Source: Octopus sinensis (Eukaryota). From it: a DNA stretch of 64,000 bases. This document shows positions 36,926 to 50,905 of the stretch, piece by piece. The DNA is taken from contig NC_043007.1 of NCBI RefSeq assembly GCF_006345805.1, positions 44,082,001 through 44,146,000 of the forward strand, in the 5' to 3' direction. Below the pieces are notes generated by a model. The model searched no databases and was not told where the DNA came from. It saw only the letters and a list, made by a program, of their open reading frames with translations. Numbering within the stretch: position 1 is the stretch's first letter; each line of letters opens with the position of its first letter. Position numbers and translations under genes: made by a program.

Positions 36926-38340
36926 TTAACATGCACCGCTGCAGGAGAAATACCTGGCCAAAGATAAACCTCTGTGCCTGGCTTTTGTTGACATGAAGAA
37001 AGCCTTTGACAGGGTACCCTGATCCCTTATCTGGTGGTCAATAAGGAAACTAGGGATAAATGAATGGTTAGTGAGAGCTGTGCAAGCCATGTACAGGGAT
37101 GCTGTCTGTAAGGTGAGGGTTGGCAATGACTACAGGGAAGAATTCTGGGTGGAGGTAGGGGTCCACCAAGGTTCAGTCCTTAGCCCCCTCCTGTTTATCA
37201 TAGTCCTTCAAGCAATAGCAGAGGAATTCAAGACAGGATACCCATGGGAGCTCCTCTATGCTGACGACCATGCTCTAATTGCTGAGTCACTATCAGAACT
37301 AGAGGAGAAGTTTCAAGTGTGGAAACAAGGATTAGAATTGAGGGGGCCTTAGAGTCAACCTAGCTAAAACCAAAGTCCTAATAAGTAGGAAGGCAGGCAA
37401 ACCATAAGTCCCTTCAGGTAGATGGCCCTACTCGATCTGTAGAAAAGGCGTAGGTAGAAACTCTATAAGATGTACCCAGTGTAAGCTATGGACACATAAG
37501 AGGTGCAGCAATATCAAAGGAGGGCTTACTGGAAGATAGTTTTTATATGTGGTAGATGCTCAGGAGCAATAAATAACACTGAAAATGTGCAGGGAACAAC
37601 TTCTGTCACATTCCAGGGAGAAAAACTAGAAGTAGTTGATAGCTTCCGTTACCTAGGTGACCAAGTCAGTAGCGGGGGAGGGTGTGATGAAAGTGTAGCT
37701 GCTAGAATAAGAATAGCCTGGGCAAAGTTCAGAGAGCTCTTACCTCTGCTGGTGACAAAGGGACTCTCACACAGAGTAAAAGGTAGACTGTATGACGCAT
37801 GTGTACGAACAGCCATGCTACATTGGCAGTGAAACATGGTCATGACCTTCGAACATTAGGCCTCACCTAGGCAATGACCAGTGACCGAGACTTTTGGAAA
37901 TATGCTGTGCTTGAGAAGACCCAGCAAGCCAAGTGAGACCATAACCTTGTGGCTTATGCCAGGGATGTAATCACCCCACTTATGCGTACCTTCCCTTCAT
38001 TGGACACTGCTTGCGAAGAACTGTTGAGGCAAGTGAAATCGATATCGAAATCGTTGCCAGAGCGGCTAACTTGCATTTGTACTGGTGGCACGTAAAAAGC
38101 ACCAATCGAGCTTGATTGTTACCAGCATCACCTTACTGGCACTTGTGCCGGTGTACAGGTGACGCATAAAAAAAAGCACCCACTGCACTCTTGGAGTGGT
38201 TGGTGTTAGGAAGGGCATCCAGCTGTAGAAACTGCCAGATCAAGATTGGAGTCTGGTGCAGCCATCTGGTTCGCCAGTCCTCAGTCAAATTGTCCAACCC
38301 ATGCTAGCATGGAAAGCGGACATTAAACAATAATGATGAT
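36926..38340 (+). mobile_element. 5'-truncated RTE-clade LINE with (GAT)n 3' tail
   Basis: Motifs LQEKYLAKDKPLCLAFVDMKKAFDRVP, GVHQGSVLSPLLFIIVL, ELLYADD and LEVVDSFRYLG. The 3' UTR ends ggacattaaacaataatgatgat. Confidence 0.9.
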
Positions 38341-38454
38341 ATGTAGACAGATGTATTAGTATAATGCTCAGGAAGTGAAAAAGGCCTATGCTGTTCCACA
38401 GAAAGATATGTATATATATATATATACATATGTATATATATGTATATATATATG

Positions 38455-38530
<76 letters not shown>

Positions 38531-38539
<9 letters not shown>

Positions 38540-38653
38540 ACGTTATATAATTAGGGTTCAGTAAAATAATTTTTTGGCTGCTATTTCTAAAAGTTCGGTG
38601 TGTGGTAAAGTAAATTATTTTACTGAACCCTAATTATATAACGTAATGTTTTA
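38531..38653. repeat. Perfect 42-bp inverted repeat with a 39-nt loop
   Basis: 38531-38572 is the exact reverse complement of 38612-38653. Confidence 0.9.
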
Positions 38654-38741
38654 AATATACCGTAAATGGTCTTTTTACATACTGAACACTACTTGGTAAA
38701 ATTGATAATTAATAATTAATTAATTTTACCCTTTTATTATT

Positions 38742-38781
<40 letters not shown>

Positions 38782-38910
38782 GGATGTGTGAATTTTTACC
38801 TTATTAACAATTAACACGGAAAAAATATCAGTGATATCTTCGAAACATGTCAGAAGTAAAAGAATTTGAATAACTGCTGCGTTTAACTCTTTTTTATTTA
38901 TTTTTTATTT

Positions 38911-38947
38911 ATGTGTGTGTGTGTATATGTATGCATGTGTATGTTTG

Positions 38948-38978
<31 letters not shown>

Positions 38979-39154
38979 GTATGTATATATGTATGTATAT
39001 ATATGTTTGTATGTATATACATATATATATGTATATGTATCTATATGTATGTATATATGTATATACATGTATATATATATATATGTATATGTATGTGTGT
39101 ATATATATATATATTATGTATATGTGTGTATATATGCATGTATATATATGTATG

Positions 39155-39185
<31 letters not shown>

Positions 39186-39215
39186 ATATATATATATATA
39201 GATAGAGAGAGAGAG
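38911..39215. repeat. (TA/TG)n microsatellite
   Basis: Degenerate dinucleotide and tetranucleotide array. Confidence 0.9.
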
Positions 39216-39355
39216 TTGCAGTATTTCATTCCATATCCGATGCCTTTGATGAGCGTAGGGTTATACATTTGGATTGCTACCCAACACTCCCTTTTACCCC
39301 TAGTGTGAAACAGATTGGTAAGATCAGCAGTGATTGATATATAATACTGTACAGT

Positions 39356-39598
39356 TCAGGTGGCAAGTTGGCAGAATCGTTTGCATGCTGAGCAAAATGC
39401 TTTGCAGTATTTCGTCTGCCGCTACATTCTGAGTTCAAATTCTGCTGAGGTCAACTTTGCCTTTCATCCTTTTGGGGTTGATTAAATAAGTACCAGTTAT
39501 GCACTGTGGAGGGGGGTGTCGATGTAATCGACTTAATCCCTTTGTCTGTCCTTGTTTGTCCTCTCTCTGTTTAGCCCCTTGTGGGCAATAAAGAAATA
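39356..39598 (+). mobile_element. tRNA-derived SINE (family of the 5630-6270 copies)
   Basis: Reads ggtggcaagttggcagaatcgtt...gagttcaaattc...actttgcctttcatcc...aataagtaccagt...caataaagaaata. Confidence 0.75.
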
Positions 39599-40695
39599 TA
39601 TAATTCTGTTCTGTTCATATAAGATGTGTGTATATATATATATATGTATATATAAATGATACATGTTTTTCACTCCTCCTCTCTTGCTCACGTGGCTCCC
39701 ATGTGACCATTGGCCATTTTTCTTTCCTTCTCTCCATTGTAGCTGGAACAAGGAAGATGTGTTCTTGTTTGTCTCCTGTCCTAGCTTGATTTACGCATTT
39801 GCTACCACAACCTCGTTTGGGCTTAGCAGCCCTTCCTGTTTGTTTCCACTGCCCTGTTTGTGTTACCAATTTTGACCCTCTGCAAAATCCCAAATTTTAT
39901 TTAATTTGCTTTGCAGGAGCAACTGTTTTATCAAAAGTGTATATTGTTGTTAAATGCTTGAAATATGTGACTATAAAAACAGCCAACAATTGATGAAGGG
40001 TCGTTCTTTATGTTGTTTCTTTTGTTTTCCATTTGTGTCTTTTGTTGTTCAAAAGAATAGTTCATGTTCCATGTACTCGTGCTTCGTATTTTTTTTTGTT
40101 GCACATGTTTTGTGATGTCTTGTGCCATATATATATATACACATATAGATGTAACTATGTACATATACGTATGTATATATGCATATATATATCTATATTA
40201 TTTATATTATTATATGATTGAACACCATGCATCGTCTTCCAAGTAAGTTTTATCTATATGTATATGTATGTATATATGTAAACATATCCTGGGCAGGTCT
40301 TCTTGAGTACAGCAATGTGCCACATATCTCGGATGTTTGTCGTCTCCTTCATAAGGTTCAGCGTTTTGAGATCGTCCTTCAATACTTGGTCCCATATTAT
40401 CCTGGGTCTCCATCTACCACAGCTTCCCTCCACTTTTGGCACTTTATGCAACTGTCCTCAAGCATCCACATCACATATATAAATACATAGTCATTTATAT
40501 ATTTAAAAGAAGAAGAAAATGGAGATTGTGAAGTTTATAATTGTTTATTATTAACAGCAAATTGGATGAAACCATCCCTTCATAAGGTTAACACAACCTC
40601 TAATTAAATTTATACACACACAATAACACACACACACATGCCAGGATATTTTAATCCCATTTTGTCTTCTATATATATGTGCATACATGTATGTA

Positions 40696-40733
<38 letters not shown>

Positions 40734-41714
40734 CAACACGAGATGCTGCATGAAGCTTTGTCAGTGAACAGGTCATGGTCTGGTCTCAAAGCAACGAAAA
40801 TATTTCGACAAATTAAATTTAAATGTTGAAGTGAATCTAACGGTTTTGTGTGTTTCTTAAATGGCTTATAAACACCTTCCATGCTGCAATTGTTTTCGTT
40901 CCAGCACACAATCTCAGATCAAGTCACTTGCTATGCAAGTACATCTTCGTAATATATATATGTAATACTTTTTAATTGCACTCCTTTCGTAATATCCTGT
41001 CACATATATTATGGCATTTGAACCTGAAGGGTATACCCTGGCACTTGTCACTATCTATATCTCTCTCTTCCTTTACTCAACCGTTTCATATTCTGATCCC
41101 TGTTCCTTGTCAGTATGCCTTGCATTTTGCCACCATCTCCATGCTGCAGCCTCCCATTCTCTCTCTCCTTCTCTTGCACGTCCCTCAGGTTGGGCAACTG
41201 TGTATTTTCTTTGCAGTAGCACACCTGCTTCTGTCTTCATTCCTGATCTTTCTCTCTTCGGCCAGGTAACCTTGCACTTCCTCTACAACAAGACACCTGT
41301 ATCTGTCTCACTATAACATTTTCATCATCACCTCCTCCAATGCCTCCTCCCCTCTTAAAAGTTTTTTTTTGTCTTGCAAGTACTTGGTGACCCTGTCAGT
41401 GCAGGTGCCACTATGGACACCCAGTTCACACTGTAAAGTGGTTGGTGTTCAGAAGGGCTTCCAGCTGTAAAAACCCTGCCAAAACTGACCTCACCTGTGC
41501 CACGTAAAAAAAACTACTTAACTTGCCTGTGTTTGTACCACATAAAAAGCACTAAGTCCACTCTGCTGAGTGGTTGGTGTTAGGAAAGGCATCCAGCTAT
41601 AAAAATCCTGCCAAAACAGTCACAGAAGTCTGGTGCAGACTTTGGCCTGGCTGGCTCTTGTGGTGCCATCCCACCCATGCTAGCATGGAACACAGTTGTG
41701 AAATGATGATGATG

Positions 41715-41749
<35 letters not shown>

Positions 41750-41761
41750 GGTATTTATATA

Positions 41762-42982
41762 CAGGAGTTGGACAAAATAATGGAATAACCTAGCATCATA
41801 GCATCATAATTTTGAAATATCTATAAAACCGTCAAAAGCTTGTTTCTTTTTGTTTTTTGATTTACTATTAGTGTTGCTTAATATGTGTTGCTAAAGTTGC
41901 TGTTTCTTTTCAGATATCATTAGAAAAAGGTAATTAAAATTCATAAGAATGACAGATCTATCGGACTTTCAAAGAGGTGCAAAATGTTTGGTGTATCAAG
42001 AAGTGCTGTCTCGAAAGTAATGTCAGCCTTTGAGAAAGAGGGAAAAACTGCCTCATCAAAACAAAACTCCAGAAGAAAACCAAAACTTTCAGATAGGGAC
42101 CGTCAGACTCTTACGTGAACTGTTAGAAATGATTACAAAAGTGCAGCTCCCAAAATTACTGCAGAGCTTAATGACCACCTTGAGAACCCAGTTTCCACAA
42201 AAACTGTTCACTGGGAGCTGCACAAAGCCGGAGTTCATGGGATGGCTGCAATAAGAAAACCACTACTTCTAAAAACAAATATTGAAAAGTGTTTAGAGTG
42301 GAGTAAAAACCTACAGAATTGGTCCCTAGAGCAGTGGAAGCATGTTATTTTCTCAGACAAGCCATCCTTTACCCTATTTCTGATCACTGACTGAATATAC
42401 ATGTGGAGACAGCCAAAAGAAGCATTTGACCCAGACTGCCTTCCAACTGTTAAACATGGAGGAGGATCTGTGATGATCAGGGGTGAGGCTATATCTTGGA
42501 AATCTGCCGGCCCAATGGTTTCCTTTTATGGCAGAATTCATAGTTAAAACTATTTAAGCATTTTATCTGATCAAATTCATCCAATGGTCACAGAACTGTT
42601 TCCAGAGTGAAACGCAATCTTTCAGGATGATAATGCACCAATTTACACAGCTAATATTGTTAATGAATGGCATGAGGAATATTTTAGTGCAGTTGAACAT
42701 CTTATCTGGCCACCACAGACCCCAAATCTCAATATTATCGAACATTTATGGTGCATTTTAGAAAAAAAAATGAGTTGATATCCTCCACCATCATCACTAC
42801 AAGAACTGGAGACTGTTTTAGCTGAAGAATGGACAAGAATTATTTGGAAACAATTCAAACTTTGTATGAGTCCATACCTTGTAGAAGCCAAGCTATAATT
42901 ACTGTCAAAGTCAGTCCTACCCTATATTAAAATAAATTTGTTAAAAAATTTTAGGTGTTTCCATTATTTTGTCCAACCCTTG
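41762..42982 (+). mobile_element. Full-length but decayed Tc1 (DD34E) transposon in CNIH intron 1
   Basis: Ends TA|caggagttggacaaaataatggaa...ttccattattttgtccaacccttg|TA. Motifs MTDLSDFQRG, VIFSDK, TVKHGGGSVM, FQDDNAPIYTA and WPPQTPNLNIIEHLW. Confidence 0.9.
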
Positions 42983-42994
42983 TATATATATGTA

Positions 42995-43953
42995 TTTATA
43001 AGTAGGAAGGCAGGCAAACCACAAATCCCTTCAAGTAGATGGCTCTGTTCGATCTGTAGAAACTGCATAAGATGTACCTGGTGTAAGCTATGGACACATA
43101 AGAGGTGCAGCAATATCAAAGGAAAGTTAACAGTGAAAGGCAGATTGTTTGATGCCTGTGTGTGAACAGCTATGCTGCATGGCAGTGAAACATGGGCTGT
43201 AACATCCAGGGACATGCATAGACTTGAAAGAAATGAAGCCAGTATGCTTCACTGGATATGCAATGTCAGGGTGCATGTTGGACAGAGTGTAAGCATCTTT
43301 AGAGAAAAGTTAGGCATACGAGGCATCAGATGTGGTGTGCAAGAGAGCTGACTGCACTGGTATGGTTATGTGATGCATATAGAAAAGGATAGCTGTGTAA
43401 AGAAATGCTGATCTCTAATTGTGGAGGGAACCTGTAGTAGAGGTAGATCCAGGAAGACATGGAACAAGGTGGTGAAGCATGATCTTTGAACTTTGAGCCT
43501 CTCAGAGGCAATGTCTAGTGACTGAGACTTTTGGTGATGTGCTGTGCTTGAGAGGACCCATCAAGCCAAGTGCACGCGTGCAAGTAGCATGTAAAGAACA
43601 CCTTTTGAGCATTGGGCTTCATGGAGGCAGAGTGGCTGAGTTCGTTTCGAGTGTTGGATCTCACGGAGGCAATGACTGAGATCTTTGGCTTTATGATATG
43701 CTTGAGAAAAATCATAGTTGTGTCAGATACTGGTATCATAGAAATTGGCATGTAAAAGCACCCCAGTGTCATGCAAATGGCACCCATACTGGTGACATGT
43801 AAAAGCACATATTACACTCTCAAATTGGTTGGCGTTAGGAAGGGCATCTAGCCATAGAAGTCTGGAGTCTGGTGTAGCCTTCCAGTGTGCCAGCCCAGTC
43901 AAACCATCCAACCCATTCCAACATGGACAACAGATGTTAAATGATGATGATGA

Positions 43954-44007
<54 letters not shown>

Positions 44008-44340
44008 TTATATATATGTACGTGTGTGTATGTGTATATATGCCACACATCTCAGTCATTGGTCATCTCCTTCATAAGGTTCAGCGTTTTGAGATCAGCT
44101 TTCAATACTTGGTCTCATATCATCCTGGGTCTCTCTCTACCACACAGGCATCAAACAATCTGCCTTTCACTCTGAGAGAGAGGCCTTTGTTTCCAGCAGG
44201 AGTAGGAGCTCTCTGAACTTTGCCCAGCCTAATCTTATTCTCACAGCTATGCTCTCAGAACATTCACCTCCACTACTAACTTGGTTACCTAGATAACAGA
44301 AGCTATCTGCTAGCCCTAGGTTGCTCCCCTGGCAGTTGAT

Positions 44341-44385
<45 letters not shown>

Positions 44386-44845
44386 GATATATGTATTTAT
44401 ATATGTGATGTGGCTGCATGTAGACAGTTGCATAATGAAGTGCCAATCATTTAAAGTGGAGGGAAGTTGTGGTAGAAGGAGACCCAGGATGATATGGGAC
44501 CAAATATCAAAGGATGATCTCAAAATGCTGAACCTTATGAAGGAGATGACAACCAACCAAGATGTGTGGCACATTGCTGTCCTCAAGAAAACCTGCTTAC
44601 TACAACAGAATTGAGATCCTAAAACCAAGGTGCCATGTAAAAAGCATTGGTGTGGGTGCTGGTGCCATGTAAAATGTGCCAGGTACACTCTGTGGAATGG
44701 TTGGTGTTAGGAAGAGCATCCAGCCATAGAAACGAAGCCAAAACAGGCTATAGAACCTGGTGTGGTTGCTGCCCTTGCGAGTTCCTGTCAAGCCATCCAA
44801 CCCATGCCAGCTTGGAAAACAGACATTAAATAATGATGATGATGA
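42995..44845. mobile_element. Cluster of RTE-LINE 3' fragments in both orientations
   Basis: Sequences homologous to 37380-38340: plus strand at about 43000-43955 and 44400-44845, minus strand at about 44040-44335. Confidence 0.75.
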
Positions 44846-47800
44846 TATATATACTAGCATAGCTTAATTGGATGGTATTTGGTGCAGGAATTTTATGGGC
44901 AGATGCTCTTCCTGTCACAAGCTCTTTTTTGTTTAGCAAGTATGGAATTTTTTTTTTATTCCAAGGCAATTTGAAAGTGCAAAGTTTAATGGAAGTTTAA
45001 CATGTACAAATATGTCCTTGTTTAACATCCATTTGCTTCCCCCACAATACTCATCTCTATCTCTCTGACTTGAAATGAGACAATGCATGCCTGTATGGAA
45101 AGTGAATGTAAAAATGATGATGATGAAGGGGATGTATGTATCAGTTGTTAATTTTACACCCATTTTTCTTTTCTATCATTGGTTGCTGAAAAATTTATTA
45201 TAGAAACCTTATTTTACAGTAGACACCCTTCCTATTATTAGCCATTATCTGTTTTTCAAGTGAGGCATTTTATTCTAGTCACCTTCAAAAGTTCAAAGCA
45301 AAGAACTACTGCAAGATTTGTAAACATGGCATGTTAACATAATGCCAATGTTTTGCTTAAATGGTTTCTCAAAAAAAAAAATATAATGCCAAGCATATTC
45401 TGATACACACACACACATAGGGTAATCTGGGGGTAAACCCAATGCAAAAGTCCTGGATTACTCTGCTATCCCCAAGGCATGTGAAGTGCCACCTTCCAGT
45501 TTCTTTCCTCCTTAGAAAAGCATACTCAGAATAGATCCATTCAGCCTCACCATATTGCCACTTTTGTCCACTTTTTGATAAACACATAAGAAGGCAGTAC
45601 CTCCTTCCCTACCCTCACCTTCTTTTTTAGATGATATTTGAAGAAATTAATGAGAATTTAGCCAGATAGGAAAGTGCCTGTCTTCAAACCATTCAGACAA
45701 GTTCACCACACAGCCTCTTTTACCACAGCATTTTTGGGGGGTGGGGGTGGAGGTAATGGGGTTAGTTGATTATGCCACCCTCAGTGCTTAAATGGCATTG
45801 ATTTTATCAACCCTGGAAGGCTGAAAGGCAAAGTTAACCTTGCTGGAATTTGAAACCAGAAGGAATGCTGTATTGCATTTTTGTAATGGTTCTGCCAGCT
45901 TGCTGCCCTCCTCCTCCTACTACAATTACCACCACCACCACCACTGCCACTACCATCACCACTACCACCACCACTACTATTACTAGTAATAGTAGAAGAC
46001 AGTGTTTCTTTAAAAATCTTATATACTTTGACAGCTTTTTTTATCTTTCTTAACACTCGCAACACAGTCCAAACATACATCTTAACACTTACATACAGTC
46101 CAAACATACAACATCCACATGGTAGAGTGCACATACGTGCACTCTACACATACACTTATCAGAGTGCACACAACACACACAGTTTCAGTGAGTTAAACTT
46201 AATCTTACTTAATTAAGAAATTATTGATATGCTATTTTTAGTCTGACTGTATGCTTTAGTTATTTAATTTTGCAGTAACTCACCTCTTTATTTCTTAATC
46301 TCTTCAGCTTATCAATGCTGTCATCTTGACTATTCTCTTTTATCCTTCCCTTTTTTAATTCTAATTATCATTGCTTTCTTTATCCAAGTCTTAATAAAGA
46401 ATGTTTTGCTTTCAGCTATATCTTGTTGATTCTTAGCTAGTGTTTTCAGCTATATCTTTATTGATTCTTAGCTAGTGTTAGTGTTTGTTATTGGGGAACT
46501 TACTGGTACTAATTAGGACAGGTGTTAAGAGTATAGTAATTGCTTGGCTGTTGTTGCTAATCCCAGTTAGTCCATAGTCAGCAAACCTATGATCAAAGCT
46601 GTTCACACAATGTATCAAGGACTATATTTATACAATGTTTTTTTCTTTTTTTTTAATATGATAGGGTTTAGTTTAACCTTTTCAGAGGCAAATAATTTTT
46701 TAAATCCTTGTGATATGGGCAAATAATTTGCTGGCATAGGCATGGCTGTGTAGTAAGAAGCTTGCTTCCCAACCACATGGTTCATGGTTCAGTCTCACTG
46801 TGCAGCACCTTGGACAAGTGTTTTCTAGTATAGCCTTGTGAGTGGATATGTTCTGTGTGCGTATATTTTTGTGTTTGTGCTTGTTCCCTGCCATTGGTAG
46901 ATGGAAACTGAAAGAAGTTGATTGTATGTCTTTGTGCTTACTCCCACCCCCATTTCCTTCCCCACACCGCTTGAAAACCGGTTTTGGTTTGTTTGTTTCC
47001 TCATAACTTAGCAGTTCAGTAAAAAGAGACTGATAGAATAAGTACCAAAATGACAAAAGAATTAGTACTGGGGTCAATTTGTTTGACTAAACCCTGCAAA
47101 TGGTGCCCCAACATAGCTGCAGTCTAATGGCAAACCAGTAAAAGACAAAATATAAAAACATTGTATCTTTAGACAAGTCATTTAATCATATATAGAAGCA
47201 AATACGATAATTTGCTCAGTTATTGCATGTCATAATACAATACCATGTAGAAAACAAGATTATGATTCAACTTGTAGATTGAATCCTAATCTTGTAAGTC
47301 ACATTTTGGCTCCAACTGGCTATCTGAGACATGGAAAAAGTGTAGAATGAGCTTGGAGGTTGCCTTCTGCAACCAGAACAATATGCGCCATTTGGTACTA
47401 CCATTTTGTTTTTGAGCATTTAAATCTATAGATATACAATTCTAAAAACATAGGTGGTACAAAGCTTGCTTCCCAACCATATGGTTCTAGATTCAATCTT
47501 GCTGTACAGCATCTTGGCTGAGTATCTTCTGCTATATCTATTGGCTGACCAAAACCTTGTGAGTAGATTTTGTAGATGGAAACTGAAAGAAGTCCATCAT
47601 ATACATGCATACATACATACATCTGAGACCCACTTCGGTCACAACACAGATCATGGGATTGCACCTAGAAAGTTACCCTCCCAGGCAAGGTTGTTTAATG
47701 GAAGACCAGCAGTCACCCATGCATACCAGCCTCCCCTCTCCATGCCACCAATGTTATCCAACGGAAAGGCAAAGGCCGATACAGCTTGGCACCAGTGATG

Positions 47801-48819
47801 TCGCAACTCACTTCTACAGCTGAGTGAACTGGAGCAATGTGAAATAAAGTGTCTTGCTCAAGAACACAACATGCAGCCCGGTCCGGGATTCAAGCTCACA
47901 ACCTCACGATCGTGATCATTTTTGGTTAGGCATAATCTATAAGAGCGTTTCTCAACCTTATCATTTCGGGTCCCCTGTTTTGATTGGAGCCTCCAGCTGT
48001 ATGAAAATTTCCTGACTCCCATCTTCCCTTGTCAGAAAACAGCTTCAGGAGTTGTGAAGAATGAACTTGTATGTAGTCTGTTTCTGAGAGCTATTCTATT
48101 GGATCTCTGTCTAATCATTAAAACATTGGACGATCTATCGATATGGGAAAACACGACTGTCACTTACAAACCACTTATAAACCACATGTTTTTATTTACA
48201 TTTTTGAAGATGATTGTTGGTTTCCGTAAAAAAAATTTATTTTGTTAATATGGGGCTGGGTGGAAAGGGGATCTTTTGAAGTTGGCGAGAAAGCAAAAGT
48301 GACAGAGAGAGCGCATTTGTATGAGTGAAGTTCTTTTGAATTTGGCGTGAAGCGGAAGAATTGATGTGTGTGCGTGCATGTGTGTGTGTGTGTGAGAAAG
48401 AGAGAGAATGTGTTTGATGGGGTGTGTGAGATAGCATGTTTGGTGTGTATGTGAATTGCTTTTGTTAGTGTGTGAAGAGACAGAGAGAGTAATATTGCTG
48501 GTGTGTGTATGTGAGAGAGAGAGAGAGAGAGATAACTGAAATTTTTTATTCACTTTTTGTAGTGAGTGAATATGTGAGTGATTGACAGAGAAAAAGCGAG
48601 AGAGTGAGAGAGAGAGGTTATGTATGTATGTATGTATGAATGGCTTCAGTGAGACACGCACACAGGTTGTTATGTATGTATGTATGTATCTATGTATCTC
48701 TGAGAGAGATTTAACTGAAATTTTGTTATTCACTTTTTGTAGTGAGTGAATGTGTGAGTGACTGACAGAAAAAGTGAGAGAGGTTATGTATGTATGTATG
48801 TATGAATGGCTGGCTGGTT

Positions 48820-49565
48820 GCCCACCCATGCCATTTCCGCTCTACCAATCACTCTTTGCAACACCTGTCTGTGTTCAGATTGTCCTTGCACAGGGGCCAT
48901 CTAGACTCCCGTTTGCACCATGAACAGGGATTCATCTTCTCTCTCTGCTCCTTTGCGCCACATGGGCTCAACTCTCCTCCCCTCGACTCTCTTGCTCCAA
49001 CTCCTACTTCTTCTCGTCATTCCTACTTTCCCTTCACTCCTACCCACCTTCTCCCTCCACTTTCATCATCACCCCACCCCTACACAATCCAACCCCACCT
49101 TCCCTATCCATCCCATCTCACGCCACTCCTACACCCACTTCCATATACCCCACCCTCTTCCTACCCACATACCCCACCTCTACCTTGCTTTCCGCATTCT
49201 CACCCCACGCACACACTAGCACTGACTACTTTCCAGTCCCACATCCACACACACACATCAAGGTCACCAGCCCTCTTCCACATACATACTCTTATACACA
49301 CGTATGCGTACCTTCGTTTTGGGATCACCACTACTTTATTATCTCCCCTTTCTTCCTAGCTCTCCTGTGTGATCCCTCTGTTCCGCATTTGCCATGATAG
49401 ATTGCTAGCCATTACACATTCTTTATTTTCTCTCCTTGTTTCTTTCTGTGGAAGAGCGTAGGCTCAAAACGTGAAAGACTTTTTCACTTCCTGAGCGTTA
49501 AATTAATACATCTGTTTGTTGCCTACACCACCTTTCTTCGTATTTTGTTTTTTCGTGAATTTTCC
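48820..49565 (+). mobile_element. Penelope-like element 3' fragment
   Basis: Contains HFRSTNHSLQHLSVFRLSLHRG...EQGFIFSLCSFAPHGLN. It is the reverse complement of 21185-21850. Confidence 0.85.
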
Positions 49566-49620
49566 CTATATATACACACACCAAGATATTACATATTTAG
49601 TTTTCCTTATTTTGTTACAG

Positions 49621-49689
49621 ATCATAGCATTTGATGAACTGAAAACAGAGTATAAAAATCCTATAGACCAATGCAACAGTTTGAATCCA
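49621..49689 (+). CDS. CNIH1: Cornichon exon 2
   Basis: Structure is ttgttacag|IIAFDELKTEYKNPIDQCNSLNP|gtaagt (69 nt). Confidence 0.96.
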
Positions 49690-50524
49690 GTAAGTATCTT
49701 TTGAATTTTGGATAGGTTTGAATTGTAGCTTGCTTCATTTGCATAATGGACTAATTAAAGTGTCAATCTTGCAGAAATTTTAGACTGCCAACCTTGATAT
49801 TATTTAGCAAGTGTGGTTGTGTATCTATGTAATTTGGGTTTCACCTCCCTGTTTTTCTGCTGTAGTCTTGGGTTGATTACTGTCTTGTGAGTCAAATTTT
49901 GTTGGTGGAAACTATACAGAAGCCCGTGTGTGTGTGTGTGTGTGTGTTACATCTTCATTCTATGCCTGCTTTTCATGCTGACATTGGGTTGATGGTTCTA
50001 CAGGATCTGATGTGTCAGATGCCACCATTTTGCTCCAGTCTCTGTTTTGAAATAGTTTCTATAGCTGGATGCTTTCCTCTATGCATATTTGTGTGTGTGT
50101 GTGTGTGTGATTGGTCGGGGCTCTGCATGTCTTTAGTTGACACTATTTCTGCTGTGATAATGTTTCTATCTCCCAAAGACAAATGACTGGCAGCAATTTG
50201 ATGCAAAGATCTGAAATAAAACATGTTACTTGAAATGCAAGTAATGGTTGTCATCAGGAAGGGTAGCATCAAGCTATAGAATAATGCTTCAAAATGTTTA
50301 ACCCAATCCATGGTAGCATGGCAAAAAACTGATGTAAACTTGATGGTGATGATGATGACGGTGATAGTGGTAGTGACATAGACATGAGGCATCTACTGTT
50401 AGCAGGTAAAAAGCAGGGTTTTTAAAAACATATTTTGTAATGAAATATGCAAGAAATGTCAACCATATCAAGGAACCAAATTTAAATGACTTACAATAAT
50501 CATATTTCTGTTTCACTTTTACAG

Positions 50525-50637
50525 TTGGTTCTTCCTGAATACCTCTTGCATATAATATTTAACCTGTTGTTTTTATTTGCTGGAGAATGGTTGTCTTTGA
50601 TTCTAAATATGCCACTCATTGCATACCATGTACGCAG
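50525..50637 (+). CDS. CNIH1: Cornichon exon 3
   Basis: Structure is cttttacag|LVLPEYLLHIIFNLLFLFAGEWLSLILNMPLIAYHVR(ag)|gtaagt (113 nt). Confidence 0.96.
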
Positions 50638-50868
50638 GTAAGTACCAGTTGTTATTAATATAATTGGGTTCACATTTGAGCTGATGTTTAATAAAAGCAT
50701 GGCAATATAAAAAAATAACTATTAACTGTATTATGACCAAGGTGTGTCTGTGTGGTAAGAAGCTTGCTTCCTAACCACATGGTATTGGGTTCAGTCCCAC
50801 TGCATGGCACCTTGGGCAAGTGTCTTCTACTATAGCCTCAGGCCAACCAAAGCCTTGTGAGTGGATTT

Positions 50869-50904
<36 letters not shown>

Positions 50905-50905
<1 letters not shown>

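Noticed and set aside
45900-45995. Poly-Thr / poly-Gly ORFs
   Set aside because: A trinucleotide (ACC/ACT) microsatellite following a SINE fragment.
46411-46479. Tandem duplication of about 34 bp
   Set aside because: A simple local slippage duplication with no further structure.
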